A stretch of 63,728 bases of DNA, the filler included, from Pseudomonadota bacterium (GTDB lineage Bacteria; Pseudomonadota; Alphaproteobacteria; Paracaedibacterales; CAIOTO01), in assembly GCA_040387495.1 (NCBI GenBank). It is 5 parts of 4 records of this genome, joined end to end, with 100 filler letters (N's around TTAATTAATTAA, not from the genome) between each part and the next. Parts side by side here need not be neighbours in the genome. Positions count along the whole stretch, not along the records: positions 44,150 to 53,900 come from JAZKDQ010000014.1; positions 54,001 to 63,728 come from JAZKDQ010000016.1; 3 more parts are not named here. One strand, written 5' to 3'. Of the stretch, positions 51,879 through 63,055 are shown piece after piece; position 1 is the first letter of the stretch; the number at the start of each line of letters is the position of its first letter. The notes below the pieces were generated by a model. That model ran no database searches. It was not told the DNA's origin and saw only the letters and a list, made by a program, of their open reading frames with translations. The translations under genes were made by a program, and so were the position numbers.

Positions 51879-52832
51879 TTATTTTTTAGCTTCAGTCTCG
51901 CCTAAAGAATCATTTACTTCTTGATTTACGACCACAACTGTTTGTGTGGAATCCACAGTCGTTTTATCTTTATTTTCATCCTGTTTTTCAGCTGTTGATG
52001 CAGAAGCTGATGAGCTCTTCTTTCCTGACCCAAACCATGATGATGTAACACTCTTAGGCTTACTTGCTGTAGGTGTAACTACTGAATCTGCTGAAGCAGC
52101 AACCACTAGAGTATTCTTATCCGCTGCAGAAGGGTTGTTAAAAAGAGAAAATAATCCACCACGCTTCTTAGAGGTAGTCTTTGTTGGAGATGTAACTACT
52201 GGAGCGGCAGAAGCTGCTGAGTCTGCTGGAGCAGTAACCACTGAACTTTCAGGAGACACAACTGCTGAACTTGCTGGAGATGTAACTACTGAATTTTCAG
52301 GAGACACAACTGCTGAACCTGCTGGAGATGTAACTACTGAATTTTCAGGAGACACGACTGTTGAATCTGCTGGGGGTGTAACTACTGTGACAGCATCATC
52401 TACTGTAGAAGTGCTCTTCGTATCATCAGCAACAGGGTTAGGAACAAGAGGCGTTGCATCGGTTTTTGTTGTAGCCAACAATTGAGGTGCATTTGGATCT
52501 ATGACTTTTGAAGCTGATCCACTACAACAACCCCATGGATTACCTTTTGCTTTTGTTTCTTTGCCTTTCTCTTTATTTATGTTATTTGTGTCAGACAACT
52601 TATCCAAGGTATTTTTAACACTGGTCGCTATGTCATCATTTTCCTTTTTAGCCGCGACGTCTTGTAGGCTTCCATTTACTGCAACATCGCTAGCTGCGTC
52701 ATCTTTTTGTTCCTCAGGAATTATATCAAGTTTAGCGCCTGTGCTAGCAAGACTCTGATCTATTTCTGTTGCTGCATCTGCCGCATAACAACTAGCCACT
52801 GTTGCACTTAACATTAAAAATTTCTTGATCAT
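51879..52832 (-). CDS. Secreted low-complexity protein with three 16-aa repeats
   Basis: Signal peptide MIKKFLMLSATVASCYA; VVSPENSVVTSPAGSA-type 48-bp repeats at ~52220-52390. Confidence 0.8.
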   Translation of the reverse strand: MIKKFLMLSATVASCYAADAATEIDQSLASTGAKLDIIPEEQKDDAASDVAVNGSLQDVAAKKENDDIATSVKNTLDKLSDTNNINKEKGKETKAKGNPWGCCSGSASKVIDPNAPQLLATTKTDATPLVPNPVADDTKSTSTVDDAVTVVTPPADSTVVSPENSVVTSPAGSAVVSPENSVVTSPASSAVVSPESSVVTAPADSAASAAPVVTSPTKTTSKKRGGLFSLFNNPSAADKNTLVVAASADSVVTPTASKPKSVTSSWFGSGKKSSSASASTAEKQDENKDKTTVDSTQTVVVVNQEVNDSLGETEAKK

Positions 52833-53177
52833 AAACGTTTCTCCGTTTGGGGTTATAGTTATAAAGTTACTTATATATCGATCTCAAATGATTCTATGCA
52901 TTTTTAACGTGACCCTTTGAATCATCTAACAACGCATTTAAAAGCTTAGGTAGCGATACAATCTGCCGTTTAAAAGACTTGTTTGCTAATCAAAATTTTT
53001 AACGTTTAAAATAAACATTTTCATCTACGATATATATTAAGTAAAATTAATACTATTTTATTTAAAAAAGAAACGCAATTTCATTTATTTTTCTATGTAA
53101 TTTTTGTTATGTTTTTAAGGGGACAAAGGTTAATTTTATTAAACACAACTTCACTAGGCAGCCAATGGAAATGCAAT

Positions 53178-53750
53178 TTACCTTTGATCAATACGATTCA
53201 GCCAAGCGACACTATTCATATCCTCGAGAAAGCCCTCAAAGGTATTTGCACACTTGCCAAGTTGTTCTGGCACCCAATTATCAAGTTCTTCACGACGGAA
53301 ATTCGACAGCACATAGCCGGTCACGGCATCCTTGTGCCCTGGGTGCCCTATACCGATGCGCACACGCCAATAATCCTTACCAAGGCTCTGATCTAAGCTT
53401 CTAAGGCCATTGTGTCCGCCACTACCGCCACCGCACTTAATTTTGACGCGACCAGGTTCTAGATCAAGATCGTCATGAAACACAACCAAGTGATCGAGGG
53501 GGATTTTATAAAAAGCCAATAATGGTGCTACGCCACGTGCAGATAGATTCATGAATGTTTGGGGTTTAACTAAAAAAATACGCTGCCCGGGCATTGAAAC
53601 CTCAGACAGCGCTGCATTTGATTTAATTTTAAAGGCTGGCGCTCGTAGGTGATCAGCGATCACATCGAGTGCCATGAAGCCAACATTGTGCCGGTTGAGT
53701 GAATAATTGGCGCCTGGATTACCAAGACCTACAAACACCCAATCTGCCAT
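53178..53750 (-). CDS. pth: Peptidyl-tRNA hydrolase
   Basis: GLGNPG, RHNVGF, KPQTFMN, HDDLD, GGHNGL. Confidence 0.97.
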   Translation of the reverse strand: MADWVFVGLGNPGANYSLNRHNVGFMALDVIADHLRAPAFKIKSNAALSEVSMPGQRIFLVKPQTFMNLSARGVAPLLAFYKIPLDHLVVFHDDLDLEPGRVKIKCGGGSGGHNGLRSLDQSLGKDYWRVRIGIGHPGHKDAVTGYVLSNFRREELDNWVPEQLGKCANTFEGFLEDMNSVAWLNRIDQR

Positions 53751-53767
53751 TTTTTATGCCTTATATA

Positions 53768-53900
53768 TTATGCTTCTTCTTCTTTATCCTTAGCACCGCC
53801 AACAAGCGTTGCGATAACGTGATCACGTGCCGCGTTAGCTGGCTTAACGTTTGCAGGAAGCTTTACATCATCAAGAACAATGCTGCCATTCATATCAAGC
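53768..53900 (-). CDS. rplY: 50S ribosomal protein L25, C-terminal fragment
   Basis: LDMNGSIVLDDVKLPANVK…VIATLVG; directly upstream of pth. Confidence 0.8.
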
Positions 53901-54000
53901 NNNNNNNNNNNNNNNNNNNNNNNNNNNNNNNNNNNNNNNNNNNNTTAATTAATTAANNNNNNNNNNNNNNNNNNNNNNNNNNNNNNNNNNNNNNNNNNNN
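53901..54000. other. Artificial contig linker
   Basis: N runs around TTAATTAATTAA. Confidence 0.99.
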
Positions 54001-54055
54001 GCGTTTATAAGATTCTTGGCTTAGTTACTTACCCACTCGTTTTGCATAAGAGCCG
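54001..54055. mobile_element. Second copy of the collapsed repeat/IS end
   Basis: Exact reverse complement of 16975-17029. Confidence 0.6.
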
Positions 54056-54151
54056 AAAATCTAGAGAGATGAACGAGCGCGCAATTCATTGAGCGCTGTA
54101 GCGAGTTCATCTTTACACAAATTTTTTTCTTCAAAAAAGGACAAAAAATGA

Positions 54152-54610
54152 TTGACAGTTAAGACAGTATCAACTGCTGATTATGAAGGCGCATTCACGA
54201 TAGGCGAAAAAATTCACCGTGTATTCATACACAATGATGTGATTAAATTGCCAAACAGACCATTAGAAACTTTAGATGCACTTTATTGGGATTACAATAA
54301 TCATATTAATTTGAGAAATAACGAAGAATATTATAACAATAAACTGCATAATGAAGCACTTGATCATCTTATGCCAATGCCAATAGAGTTCATCGGGACT
54401 CATTATGAAAACGGAAGTATTCCATATGACGTAGTCGAAGAAAAGTGTAAATTTAATACGTTTAGAAATGCTGTTGGCAGTGCATTAAGAGCAAAGAATA
54501 ACTTCCCCCACAAACCTGCGATAGATAAATATGCAGCATACTTGATGTTGAATTCAGGCATAAATCATTCTCACACATCAGGATCTCAGATAAAAGATAA
54601 TCATAAGTAA
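54152..54610 (+). CDS. Hypothetical protein, probably a 5'-truncated remnant
   Basis: 152-codon ORF with TTG start, close to an IS end and followed by the array terminator module. Confidence 0.5.
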   Translation: MTVKTVSTADYEGAFTIGEKIHRVFIHNDVIKLPNRPLETLDALYWDYNNHINLRNNEEYYNNKLHNEALDHLMPMPIEFIGTHYENGSIPYDVVEEKCKFNTFRNAVGSALRAKNNFPHKPAIDKYAAYLMLNSGINHSHTSGSQIKDNHK

Positions 54611-54911
54611 AAGTGTCTTTAACGCCTGGGGATTGCACATAACCAAAAAACCTGGGCTATTTTAGAACATCAAAACCTGCATCAGGTTAGCCAAGCTGGG
54701 GGAATTTTCTCTAGTTTGGTTCTTTTTTAGAATTATTTATGTACTTTTAAAGTTATCACACATTTATTTACATAATATTACTTGAAATATAAAAAATAAG
54801 ACCCATATTAAGTTTAAGATAAGTGACATATAGCAAATAAACAGCATATAGGTCTTTCTGAATATAATTTGCATGGATAAATCAACGTATTTACAAAAGG
54901 AAATAAAGTTT

Positions 54912-55442
54912 ATGTTAATATTTAAGAATATTGTGTTAAGCATGGGGTTTTTAAGCGCATTTGCTGCAATGAGCAGTGGTTATTCGGCAACTCTTGATTT
55001 GGTTAGCGAAAGCAGGATACACCCTATTAAATCAACAACGACAGAGAATGCATTTCGATACGAAGCTAAAACTTTTGGTGCTCTAACTCCTACCTTAATG
55101 GATAGCTTAGTACAGGTGAGTTTCCCCGGGCATTATCATATTTGGCCTTCTGCAAGTCTTAGAATTGAATATATACCTGGACCAGAACAAAACTATCATT
55201 CAGGATATTGGCAATTAGCAAGGCTTGAAAATCAAGAGAAAAAAATCTTAGGTCAAGCTTTTTCTTGTCTTGATGAATCTGGGCAAATAAGTCCTTTTGT
55301 AGTTTGTTTTAAAAATCATCTTGATTCTAGTAAAATAGAACCAATATTTATAAATATTTCAGATACAGCGAATCCAATAATCATTCAACGTACTGAAGAC
55401 ATGGGCAATGCACTTGTGGGTACAATAGTTAACATGTTTTAG
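54912..55442 (+). CDS. Secreted hypothetical protein (array member)
   Basis: Signal peptide ending GYSATL; shared RBS block. Confidence 0.75.
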   Translation: MLIFKNIVLSMGFLSAFAAMSSGYSATLDLVSESRIHPIKSTTTENAFRYEAKTFGALTPTLMDSLVQVSFPGHYHIWPSASLRIEYIPGPEQNYHSGYWQLARLENQEKKILGQAFSCLDESGQISPFVVCFKNHLDSSKIEPIFINISDTANPIIIQRTEDMGNALVGTIVNMF

Positions 55443-55731
55443 CTACTTGGGCTCGATAAGAACGTCTACGTTGCACTGGGGGTAAATAAAAAGCCAGGGC
55501 TATTTTAGTTGGCTTTTTTTATAAAACGATGCGGCAGGCTGGGGGATTACCTCTAGCATGATTTTTTTATGTAGTATTTAAATTCTTTCAAATCTATTTA
55601 GCAATAATATACAAAATATTACTTAAAAACAGCAAAACAATAAACATATTAAATTTGAAGGAAGTGGTGTATATTTCTTTCTAGCGTCAATTATGGGTGA
55701 AACCAACGTATTTACAAAAGGAAATAAAGAT

Positions 55732-56715
55732 GTGAAATTAAAAAGAATTTTCTCTGCCTCACTTTTAGTTTTGCTGACCACTGCGCCTTTTACAATGGGA
55801 TACTCTGCAACCCTAGTGGAAAATGCCGAAACTTCTGCAGCTGTTCGGTTGCAACCAATTTTTGCTGAAAGACGAAATGAGACTGTTGACAAAGTATTTT
55901 TGCTGGTAACTGGTGATGACTCAGAGTTTACAAGTAATTATTTTTTCCCAGAACAAGTTCCATCTCGGGGGACTTATATCCATAATGATGGTCACTTGTG
56001 GCCAAAAAAATACCTTAATTCCACGTTTAAACATGGCTTATTAAATACAATGATTAATTATTCTTTTAAAGAAAATCAAAAAGTTCCCATAGGCGTTCTT
56101 GAATTTTTGGATAGGAAAATAGCACGTTCAAATGTTAAATATGAAGAGCGCATTCTCACTTGCCCATCTTCAATTCATCGCTGTTTTTTATCTGAAATTT
56201 TTAAAGAACGAGCTCATAACCTCATAGAGTATAGACGTGATATTTATGTTAAATTTCAAAGAGCTTTCCAAGAAGGATTACAAGAAAATGAGCGGTTAGT
56301 TGATATTGGATCCAATTACTTAAAACATAAAATACGTGAAGAGAAAAGAGGCATAAAAGGTACAGCAAGAGAACGAGCAGAGGAAACTCACCGTGGTGAC
56401 TTATTGCAAGATGCAGCATATACGATTGTACTTCATGCGACAAAAATTATGAATTCAGTTTTAGACGTAATTAAGAACGACCCTGATTTGCAAGGAATTC
56501 AGAAAAGTGATGTTAAACCAGCTCATGATGATTTGCTTAATGAAACAATAAATAATTATGCACAGGATATAAAAACATTTTTTAGAGCCTACAGACCAGC
56601 AATTAATGATATGCCTGAAGAAGCGTTTGGAATGCTTGAGTTGATTGATTTAGGACGTGAAGATATTCGTGCAGTTCCACTAAACTATAAACACGCTATT
56701 GACTCTTTAGTTTGA
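55732..56715 (+). CDS. Secreted hypothetical protein (array member)
   Basis: GTG start after the shared RBS block; paralog of 56981. Confidence 0.8.
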   Translation: MKLKRIFSASLLVLLTTAPFTMGYSATLVENAETSAAVRLQPIFAERRNETVDKVFLLVTGDDSEFTSNYFFPEQVPSRGTYIHNDGHLWPKKYLNSTFKHGLLNTMINYSFKENQKVPIGVLEFLDRKIARSNVKYEERILTCPSSIHRCFLSEIFKERAHNLIEYRRDIYVKFQRAFQEGLQENERLVDIGSNYLKHKIREEKRGIKGTARERAEETHRGDLLQDAAYTIVLHATKIMNSVLDVIKNDPDLQGIQKSDVKPAHDDLLNETINNYAQDIKTFFRAYRPAINDMPEEAFGMLELIDLGREDIRAVPLNYKHAIDSLV

Positions 56716-56980
56716 TGGAATGTCGATATGAGTAAAGAAAAAGACTGAGCTTTTTAGAACATCGGATTCCCCAGCATATTAGCTAAGTTAGGGGAAATAC
56801 CTCTAGCTTAGTTTTTTTATGAAATTATTCGCATATTTTTAAATCTATTTCACATATTCAATAAAATATTAATTGAAAACCACAAAAAAATACCATATTA
56901 AATTTGAAGGAAGTAGTATATAGTTCTTTCTAAAGTCAATTACGGGTGAAACCAACGTATTTACAAAAGGAAATAAAGCT

Positions 56981-58102
56981 ATGAAATTAAAAAGAATTCT
57001 CTCTGCCTCACTTTTAGTTCTGCTGTCCACTGCACCTTTTACAATGGGATACTCTGCCACCCTAGTGGAAAATGCTGAGACTTCTGCAGCGGCTCGGTTG
57101 CAAGCAGTTTTCACAGAAAAACAAAATGAAACTATTGATAAAGTCATTTTAGAAAAAGGTTATTTTAGCAATCTTTTTTTTCCAGAAGAATATAAGGAGG
57201 TTCAATTTAGTGTTCATGAGCGCGCTCATCTATGGCCAAGAAAATACGTCGATTTTAACTTTAAGCATGGTCTCTTAAATTCTTTAATTAATGGGTATAA
57301 TGGTAATTTTGATCTTATCAATATAGATAAAGAGAATGTAGCACTAAAAAGTAATTGGCAAAATGAATATTCACAAACAGTGTGGCATAATTCTCGCATT
57401 TTCTGCGCAACAACCAAAGATATGCCGACACACGTAGATAGAAGAAAGGTTACTCTTCGGTTATATAAAGCTTTTGTAGATGGCTTGCATGAGAATGAAC
57501 ATTTACTTTTTGTCGGAAGTAATTATTTGAAACATAAAATTCGTGAGGAATATATAGGAGATGAAAGAAAATGTACCATACGCAATTTAACCGAATCACA
57601 AAGAGCAGATAATAAAAAAGAGAGAAATCGTGGTGATTTATTGCAAGATCTGGCTTACACCATTGTCTGTGGTGCAAGTCGCAACATGTATTCAATTTTA
57701 AATGTAATTAAAAATGACAAACCTTTGCAACAAATGGTGACAGACCAAGAAAAACTAACACAAAAAATTAAAAAAGATTATCTTTCTAATCTTGCTGGCT
57801 TCGATTTAAAAGAGGAGCAACTCCAGATTGATGCCGATGGGATGTTAATCGATGAAACAGGATTATTTGAAGCAAGTTTCCCTGGGGAGAATTATGTAGC
57901 TACATACAATAACCGTGTTGAAGCTATTCGCGTAAAATTTGGTCAATACGAACAAGAAATAGAAACATTTTTTAAGGATTATAGACCAACAATCAATGGT
58001 GTTGAGGAAGCAGAATATAACGTGCTGGAGTTATTTGATTTTGGCCCAGAAAATATTGAGTCTGTACCAACGAAATTAAGACAAATTATTGATTCTTTGT
58101 AA
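56981..58102 (+). CDS. Secreted hypothetical protein (array member)
   Basis: Shares HLWPxKY, FKHGLLN, GSNYLKHKIREE and RGDLLQD with 55732. Confidence 0.8.
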   Translation: MKLKRILSASLLVLLSTAPFTMGYSATLVENAETSAAARLQAVFTEKQNETIDKVILEKGYFSNLFFPEEYKEVQFSVHERAHLWPRKYVDFNFKHGLLNSLINGYNGNFDLINIDKENVALKSNWQNEYSQTVWHNSRIFCATTKDMPTHVDRRKVTLRLYKAFVDGLHENEHLLFVGSNYLKHKIREEYIGDERKCTIRNLTESQRADNKKERNRGDLLQDLAYTIVCGASRNMYSILNVIKNDKPLQQMVTDQEKLTQKIKKDYLSNLAGFDLKEEQLQIDADGMLIDETGLFEASFPGENYVATYNNRVEAIRVKFGQYEQEIETFFKDYRPTINGVEEAEYNVLELFDFGPENIESVPTKLRQIIDSL

Positions 58103-58168
58103 ATAAATATTAAGCCAGGCTCACAAAAATCCTGGGCTATTTTAGAACACCAAATCCTGTATCATATT

Positions 58169-58206
58169 AGCCAAGCTAGGGGAATTACCTCTAGCTTGGC
58201 TTTTTT
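58169..58206 (+). terminator. Intrinsic terminator (best-preserved array copy)
   Basis: AGCCAAGCTAG-N11-CTAGCTTGGCT followed by a T run. Confidence 0.85.
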
Positions 58207-58299
58207 ATGGAATCATTGTTATCAATTACGACTAAATCCACTGCTCCACAATCCCACGGTCCACAATTCTTTGGTACTGATCCACATTTATCAGCATTT

Positions 58300-59598
58300 A
58301 TGCTTCCGCTAACCCCTGAACGAATTGCGTTGTGCAAAAGGCTGGGGGAGGCATTGAAAAAAGAACTCGCACGTCGCAAACGTGAAGAGTCTCGCTACGA
58401 TTGGACGGCACACGCCAGGGACACGCAGCAGCTACCCGCCGGTGATGATTGGCAAACATGGCTAATTCTGGCGGGTCGCGGGTTCGGAAAAACACGAACG
58501 GGCGCTGAAACAGTGCGGCAACTGGTTGAATCAAAACAAGCGCGGCATATTGGGTTAATTGGGCAAAGTATGGTAGAGGCAGCGTCTGTGATGGTGCAAG
58601 GCGAAAGCGGATTGCTGAATGTATTCCCGCCGGAGGAGCGCCCCTTGTTTAGCCCAAGTGGACAAAAGATATTTTTTAAAAATGGAGCCGTTGCAACCGT
58701 ATTTGGCGGAAACTCGCCGGAGCGGTTGCGTGGGCCGCAGTTTGATTTGGTGTGGATTGACGAGTTTGCGAAGTTTAAGAATCCAGATGAATTGTATGAC
58801 CAAGTGATGATGTGTCTCAGGTTAGGCGTGCATCCAAAATGCATTATTACGACAACGCCGCGACCGGTGCCGCTTTTGGAAAAGCTATTGAAAGACCCAA
58901 AAACCGTTGTGACACGCGGCAGTACATTTGATAATGCCCAGAATCTGGCGTCGTCGTATATTGCGCAGATGAAATCAACGTATGCTGCAACGCGCATCGG
59001 CGCGCAGGAATTGTATGCTGAGATCTTGTCTGAACGTGACGGAGCGCTTTGGAATCGATCGTTGATCAGATACCAAGTGCCGGTAAATGAGAACTGGCGT
59101 CGAATTGTCATTGCGATTGACCCTGCGACAACGCATCACGATCAAAGCGATGAAACGGGCATTATGGTGGTGGGCCTTCATGATGATGGGTTTGTGTATG
59201 TGTTAGAGGATTTAAGTGGGCGTCTGCCACCAACAGAATGGGGCACGCGCGTGACCGAGGCGTATTGGCGCTATAAAGCAGATCGCGTCGTGGCCGAAGT
59301 GAACAAGGGAGGCGATCTGGTTGAACGCGTCGTTAAAAGTATTGATCCACATGTTAGTTATAAAGCCGTACGGGCGACCCGCGGCAAAGTTGTGCGGGCA
59401 GAGCCAGTTGCATCGTTGTATGAACAGGGTAAGGTATTTCACATACGGCCGCTGACGTTGTTAGAGCAGCAAATTTGCGATTATATCCCGAATCGAACGG
59501 CAAAATCACCCGATCGGATGGATGCACTGGTCTGGGCGGTGACTGATTTAATGCTAGCGCGAGAGGCGTGCGCCGAGCCTAAGGTGTGGGGGGTGTGA
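58300..59598 (+). CDS. Terminase large subunit, GTA (RcGTA-like) type
   Basis: LAGRGFGKT (Walker A), PERLRGPQFD..WIDE, TTTPRP, AIDPA, SPDRMDALVWA; start probably 58300. Confidence 0.9.
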   Translation: MLPLTPERIALCKRLGEALKKELARRKREESRYDWTAHARDTQQLPAGDDWQTWLILAGRGFGKTRTGAETVRQLVESKQARHIGLIGQSMVEAASVMVQGESGLLNVFPPEERPLFSPSGQKIFFKNGAVATVFGGNSPERLRGPQFDLVWIDEFAKFKNPDELYDQVMMCLRLGVHPKCIITTTPRPVPLLEKLLKDPKTVVTRGSTFDNAQNLASSYIAQMKSTYAATRIGAQELYAEILSERDGALWNRSLIRYQVPVNENWRRIVIAIDPATTHHDQSDETGIMVVGLHDDGFVYVLEDLSGRLPPTEWGTRVTEAYWRYKADRVVAEVNKGGDLVERVVKSIDPHVSYKAVRATRGKVVRAEPVASLYEQGKVFHIRPLTLLEQQICDYIPNRTAKSPDRMDALVWAVTDLMLAREACAEPKVWGV

Positions 59599-59742
59599 GA
59601 CGAAATTAAAAAGCCAACATGATATAAATATATACTCAATATACTAAAATAACAAACATAGAAATACTGTGTGTTTATTTTGTTGGTGCTTTTTTTGTAT
59701 ATTTGATGTATTATCAATTATTGTTGATTAACACAGAGTATT

Positions 59743-60534
59743 ATGCATATGAATTTGATTTTAAATTTTGCAATCATATTTGTGCTTTTTAGTGTAACGC
59801 AATGTTCTTCCTTTGATATTATTGAAGACTATAATGCAAAAAGGCTTGAGGTATTTAACACTAAGCCATATTCTGGAAATAAGGTTTTTGATGAGTACGG
59901 TGAATTAAAAGATAAAAATGAGATCATTCACGATTATACAACTATGATTGATGATGCTTTTATGGATGACGCCGAATCTATTGCTAAAGACGCCCAAGGA
60001 TCAAAAACTGAGATATTTTTAAAAATCATTATGGGCTCAGCAATTATGGATAAGCCAGATATGTATAATAAAGGCAAGATTCCTGAAAATACATACGATC
60101 CATATTTTACCATTATTAGCGAAGCAAGAAATCTCTTCCGTGATCTTGTTAGTAACATTAGATGTAATGGATTTGGTCCAGTTAATACCAGTGATTTGGA
60201 TCAATATAAACATAGATATAATAATTTATTTAGTTTCAGCAGAGTTAAAAAAGAGGACTTCGCACTCTGGTTTAATGAAGTTTTTACCGAGCATGAGCCC
60301 GGGTTTCGCCTGGAAAATCCAGATTTAGGAATTAGGAGCTATCATCCCTTAGAGCCTGTTGTTACCAAAGGTATTATAAAGCCAGATGCAATTTTTCCTA
60401 GAATCACTTCAGATCAAAAATTATGGCGAACTCCTGTAAGCTTCGATTTTAAATGTGATTACCCACACTTATGCGATCATTCAGATCACCTAAAGTTTTT
60501 TAGGTGGAAGAGGCTCTCGCTGCTGCTAACTTAA
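59743..60534 (+). CDS. Secreted hypothetical protein
   Basis: 263-aa ORF with hydrophobic N-terminal leader. Confidence 0.7.
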   Translation: MHMNLILNFAIIFVLFSVTQCSSFDIIEDYNAKRLEVFNTKPYSGNKVFDEYGELKDKNEIIHDYTTMIDDAFMDDAESIAKDAQGSKTEIFLKIIMGSAIMDKPDMYNKGKIPENTYDPYFTIISEARNLFRDLVSNIRCNGFGPVNTSDLDQYKHRYNNLFSFSRVKKEDFALWFNEVFTEHEPGFRLENPDLGIRSYHPLEPVVTKGIIKPDAIFPRITSDQKLWRTPVSFDFKCDYPHLCDHSDHLKFFRWKRLSLLLT

Positions 60535-60667
60535 TACAGTTCCCCCGCCATAAACCCATGATAGTCCTCCGTTTGCAAGCCATCTGGGTTTTCCAGAATT
60601 TTAACAAGCTCTTTACCAAATGTTTCACTCGCTGTTTTTATGGTTTCATTCACGTGCATCCCAAAGT

Positions 60668-61588
60668 TCAAGATCTTTTCAGTAATTGAGGCACTATTAT
60701 TATCGTCGCTATCCCTACCACCGCTGCTGCGGCCTGGTAAAAAAAAGGTAGCCCTTCCCCTTCTTGATTATTAGTCAAATTATAGAGATACGATAATGGA
60801 TTAAATCCTTCCACAGCCGGGGGAGCTTGAATGTGTTGTTTCTTATTTAAGGTGCCATTGCATTCTTTTGCTCGCTTTTTGTCATCAATTATTGCTGTGA
60901 GTGGTTGCTGGGCTAGCTGAAGATCTGCCAGAGGATCTGTCATTGGAATTTCCAATGAACTAGCAGGATTTTCAGGTGCCGTGCCTACGGGTAGGATGGC
61001 ATCGCTTGTATGGATATCATCTGATATCACGATTTGTGTTTTATTTGCCTCCTCTTTATCAATTTTTGCGTCATCTTTTTCTTCTGCAACATCTTGAATA
61101 TGACCTGGGGAAATAGTCTTCTGTAATTCAGAAGAAGCGATTTTTACAAAATTGCCAGCAACGTGAGGAATACCATCCGCAAGAACAGTATTAGCAGCGG
61201 AAATTTGATCGCCTTCAGATGCGGGCTTTAAAGGATTGGTTGCGTGTGAACTGATTTCAAGTGTATTTCCAATTAGCGGCTTTGCTTTTGGCAGAACAAG
61301 TCCGACCATACCTTTCCAAAACCAATGATCTTTTTGCACAGAATGAGCTGTTACAACATTCTCAGGGCTTTGTTTCGAGCATGCCAATACGTCCACACCT
61401 GCAACCTTAATAAAACCCTTTGATTCATCATCAGAAGAATCCTCAAGAGAATCTTCATCATGCAGACTAGCGATATTATTGCTAACTATCGGTTTCTCAG
61501 CTTCTTCCATTGCCCATCCTTGATTCAGTCCATAAATACTGACAAGAAAAAACATTACGTGGACACTTTTTAACGTTGTTGATTTCAT
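60668..61588 (-). CDS. Hypothetical protein with signal peptide and C-terminal TM
   Basis: Leader ending GWA, acidic disordered body, AAAAVVGIATIIIVP..KRS tail. Confidence 0.75.
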   Translation of the reverse strand: MKSTTLKSVHVMFFLVSIYGLNQGWAMEEAEKPIVSNNIASLHDEDSLEDSSDDESKGFIKVAGVDVLACSKQSPENVVTAHSVQKDHWFWKGMVGLVLPKAKPLIGNTLEISSHATNPLKPASEGDQISAANTVLADGIPHVAGNFVKIASSELQKTISPGHIQDVAEEKDDAKIDKEEANKTQIVISDDIHTSDAILPVGTAPENPASSLEIPMTDPLADLQLAQQPLTAIIDDKKRAKECNGTLNKKQHIQAPPAVEGFNPLSYLYNLTNNQEGEGLPFFYQAAAAVVGIATIIIVPQLLKRS

Positions 61589-61760
61589 ATATCATCCCCC
61601 ATTGTTTTTTGATTGTAAAAGCAAATTATATTAAAATGAATGATAATTTTTAATATAAAATAATATAACAAGTATGTGAAACTTTTCCTTGATTTTAAAA
61701 AACAAAAATTGAATTGGTTTGGAAATAAATTTCTGATTTAAGGGCAAGATAAAGTACATA

Positions 61761-61946
61761 GGTCCTTCGATCGTGCCGAAGGAAAACTAATGAAAGGGTG
61801 GAGAAAATTAAAGAGAGAACGGAGAAAGCCACAAAAGGACGATATAATGATTCCTAATTTTCTTAGTTTCCCTCTGGCGTGACCAGAGGGACCATGTACT
61901 TTCTTGCGCTGTGCATGGATCCTCCGATCATGTCGAAGGAAAACTA
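61761..61946. repeat. Three alternating REP-like palindromes (REPIN/BIME-like)
   Basis: Copies at 61761-61789, 61864-61894 (inverted) and 61916-61946, each with a TAGTTT(T)CC end and an internal hairpin. Confidence 0.65.
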
Positions 61947-61975
61947 AAGAGGTGAGGAGACACCCCAAGCTAGTC

Positions 61976-63055
<1,080 letters not shown>

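Larger units (their letters stand above)
54645..58209 (+). repeat. Four copies of an ~84-bp terminator module and three copies of a promoter/RBS block
   Basis: Modules at 54645, 55488, 56738 and 58125; exact 26-mer CAACGTATTTACAAAAGGAAATAAAG at 54883, 55704 and 56953. Confidence 0.9.

Noticed and set aside
51946..52485. 179-aa plus-strand ORF
   Set aside because: Antisense shadow of the low-complexity 51879 gene
11933..54000. Four identical TTAATTAATTAA motifs within N runs
   Set aside because: Artificial all-frame-stop contig linkers, not biological repeats
16975..54055. The two 55-bp repeats as left and right ends of one insertion joining these contigs
   Set aside because: The flanks show no target-site duplication, unlike the IS982-like pair
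54645..58209. Integron attC cassette array or CRISPR
   Set aside because: Repeats are terminator hairpins plus promoter blocks; no clear RYYYAAC/GTTRRRY boxes and no integrase seen
58395..59111. 238-aa minus-strand ORF
   Set aside because: Antisense to the conserved terminase with no recognisable motifs
58207..59598. Prophage; also ATG 58207 as terminase start
   Set aside because: No integrase or structural genes nearby; ATG 58207 is part of the repeated terminator tail TTTTTTATG
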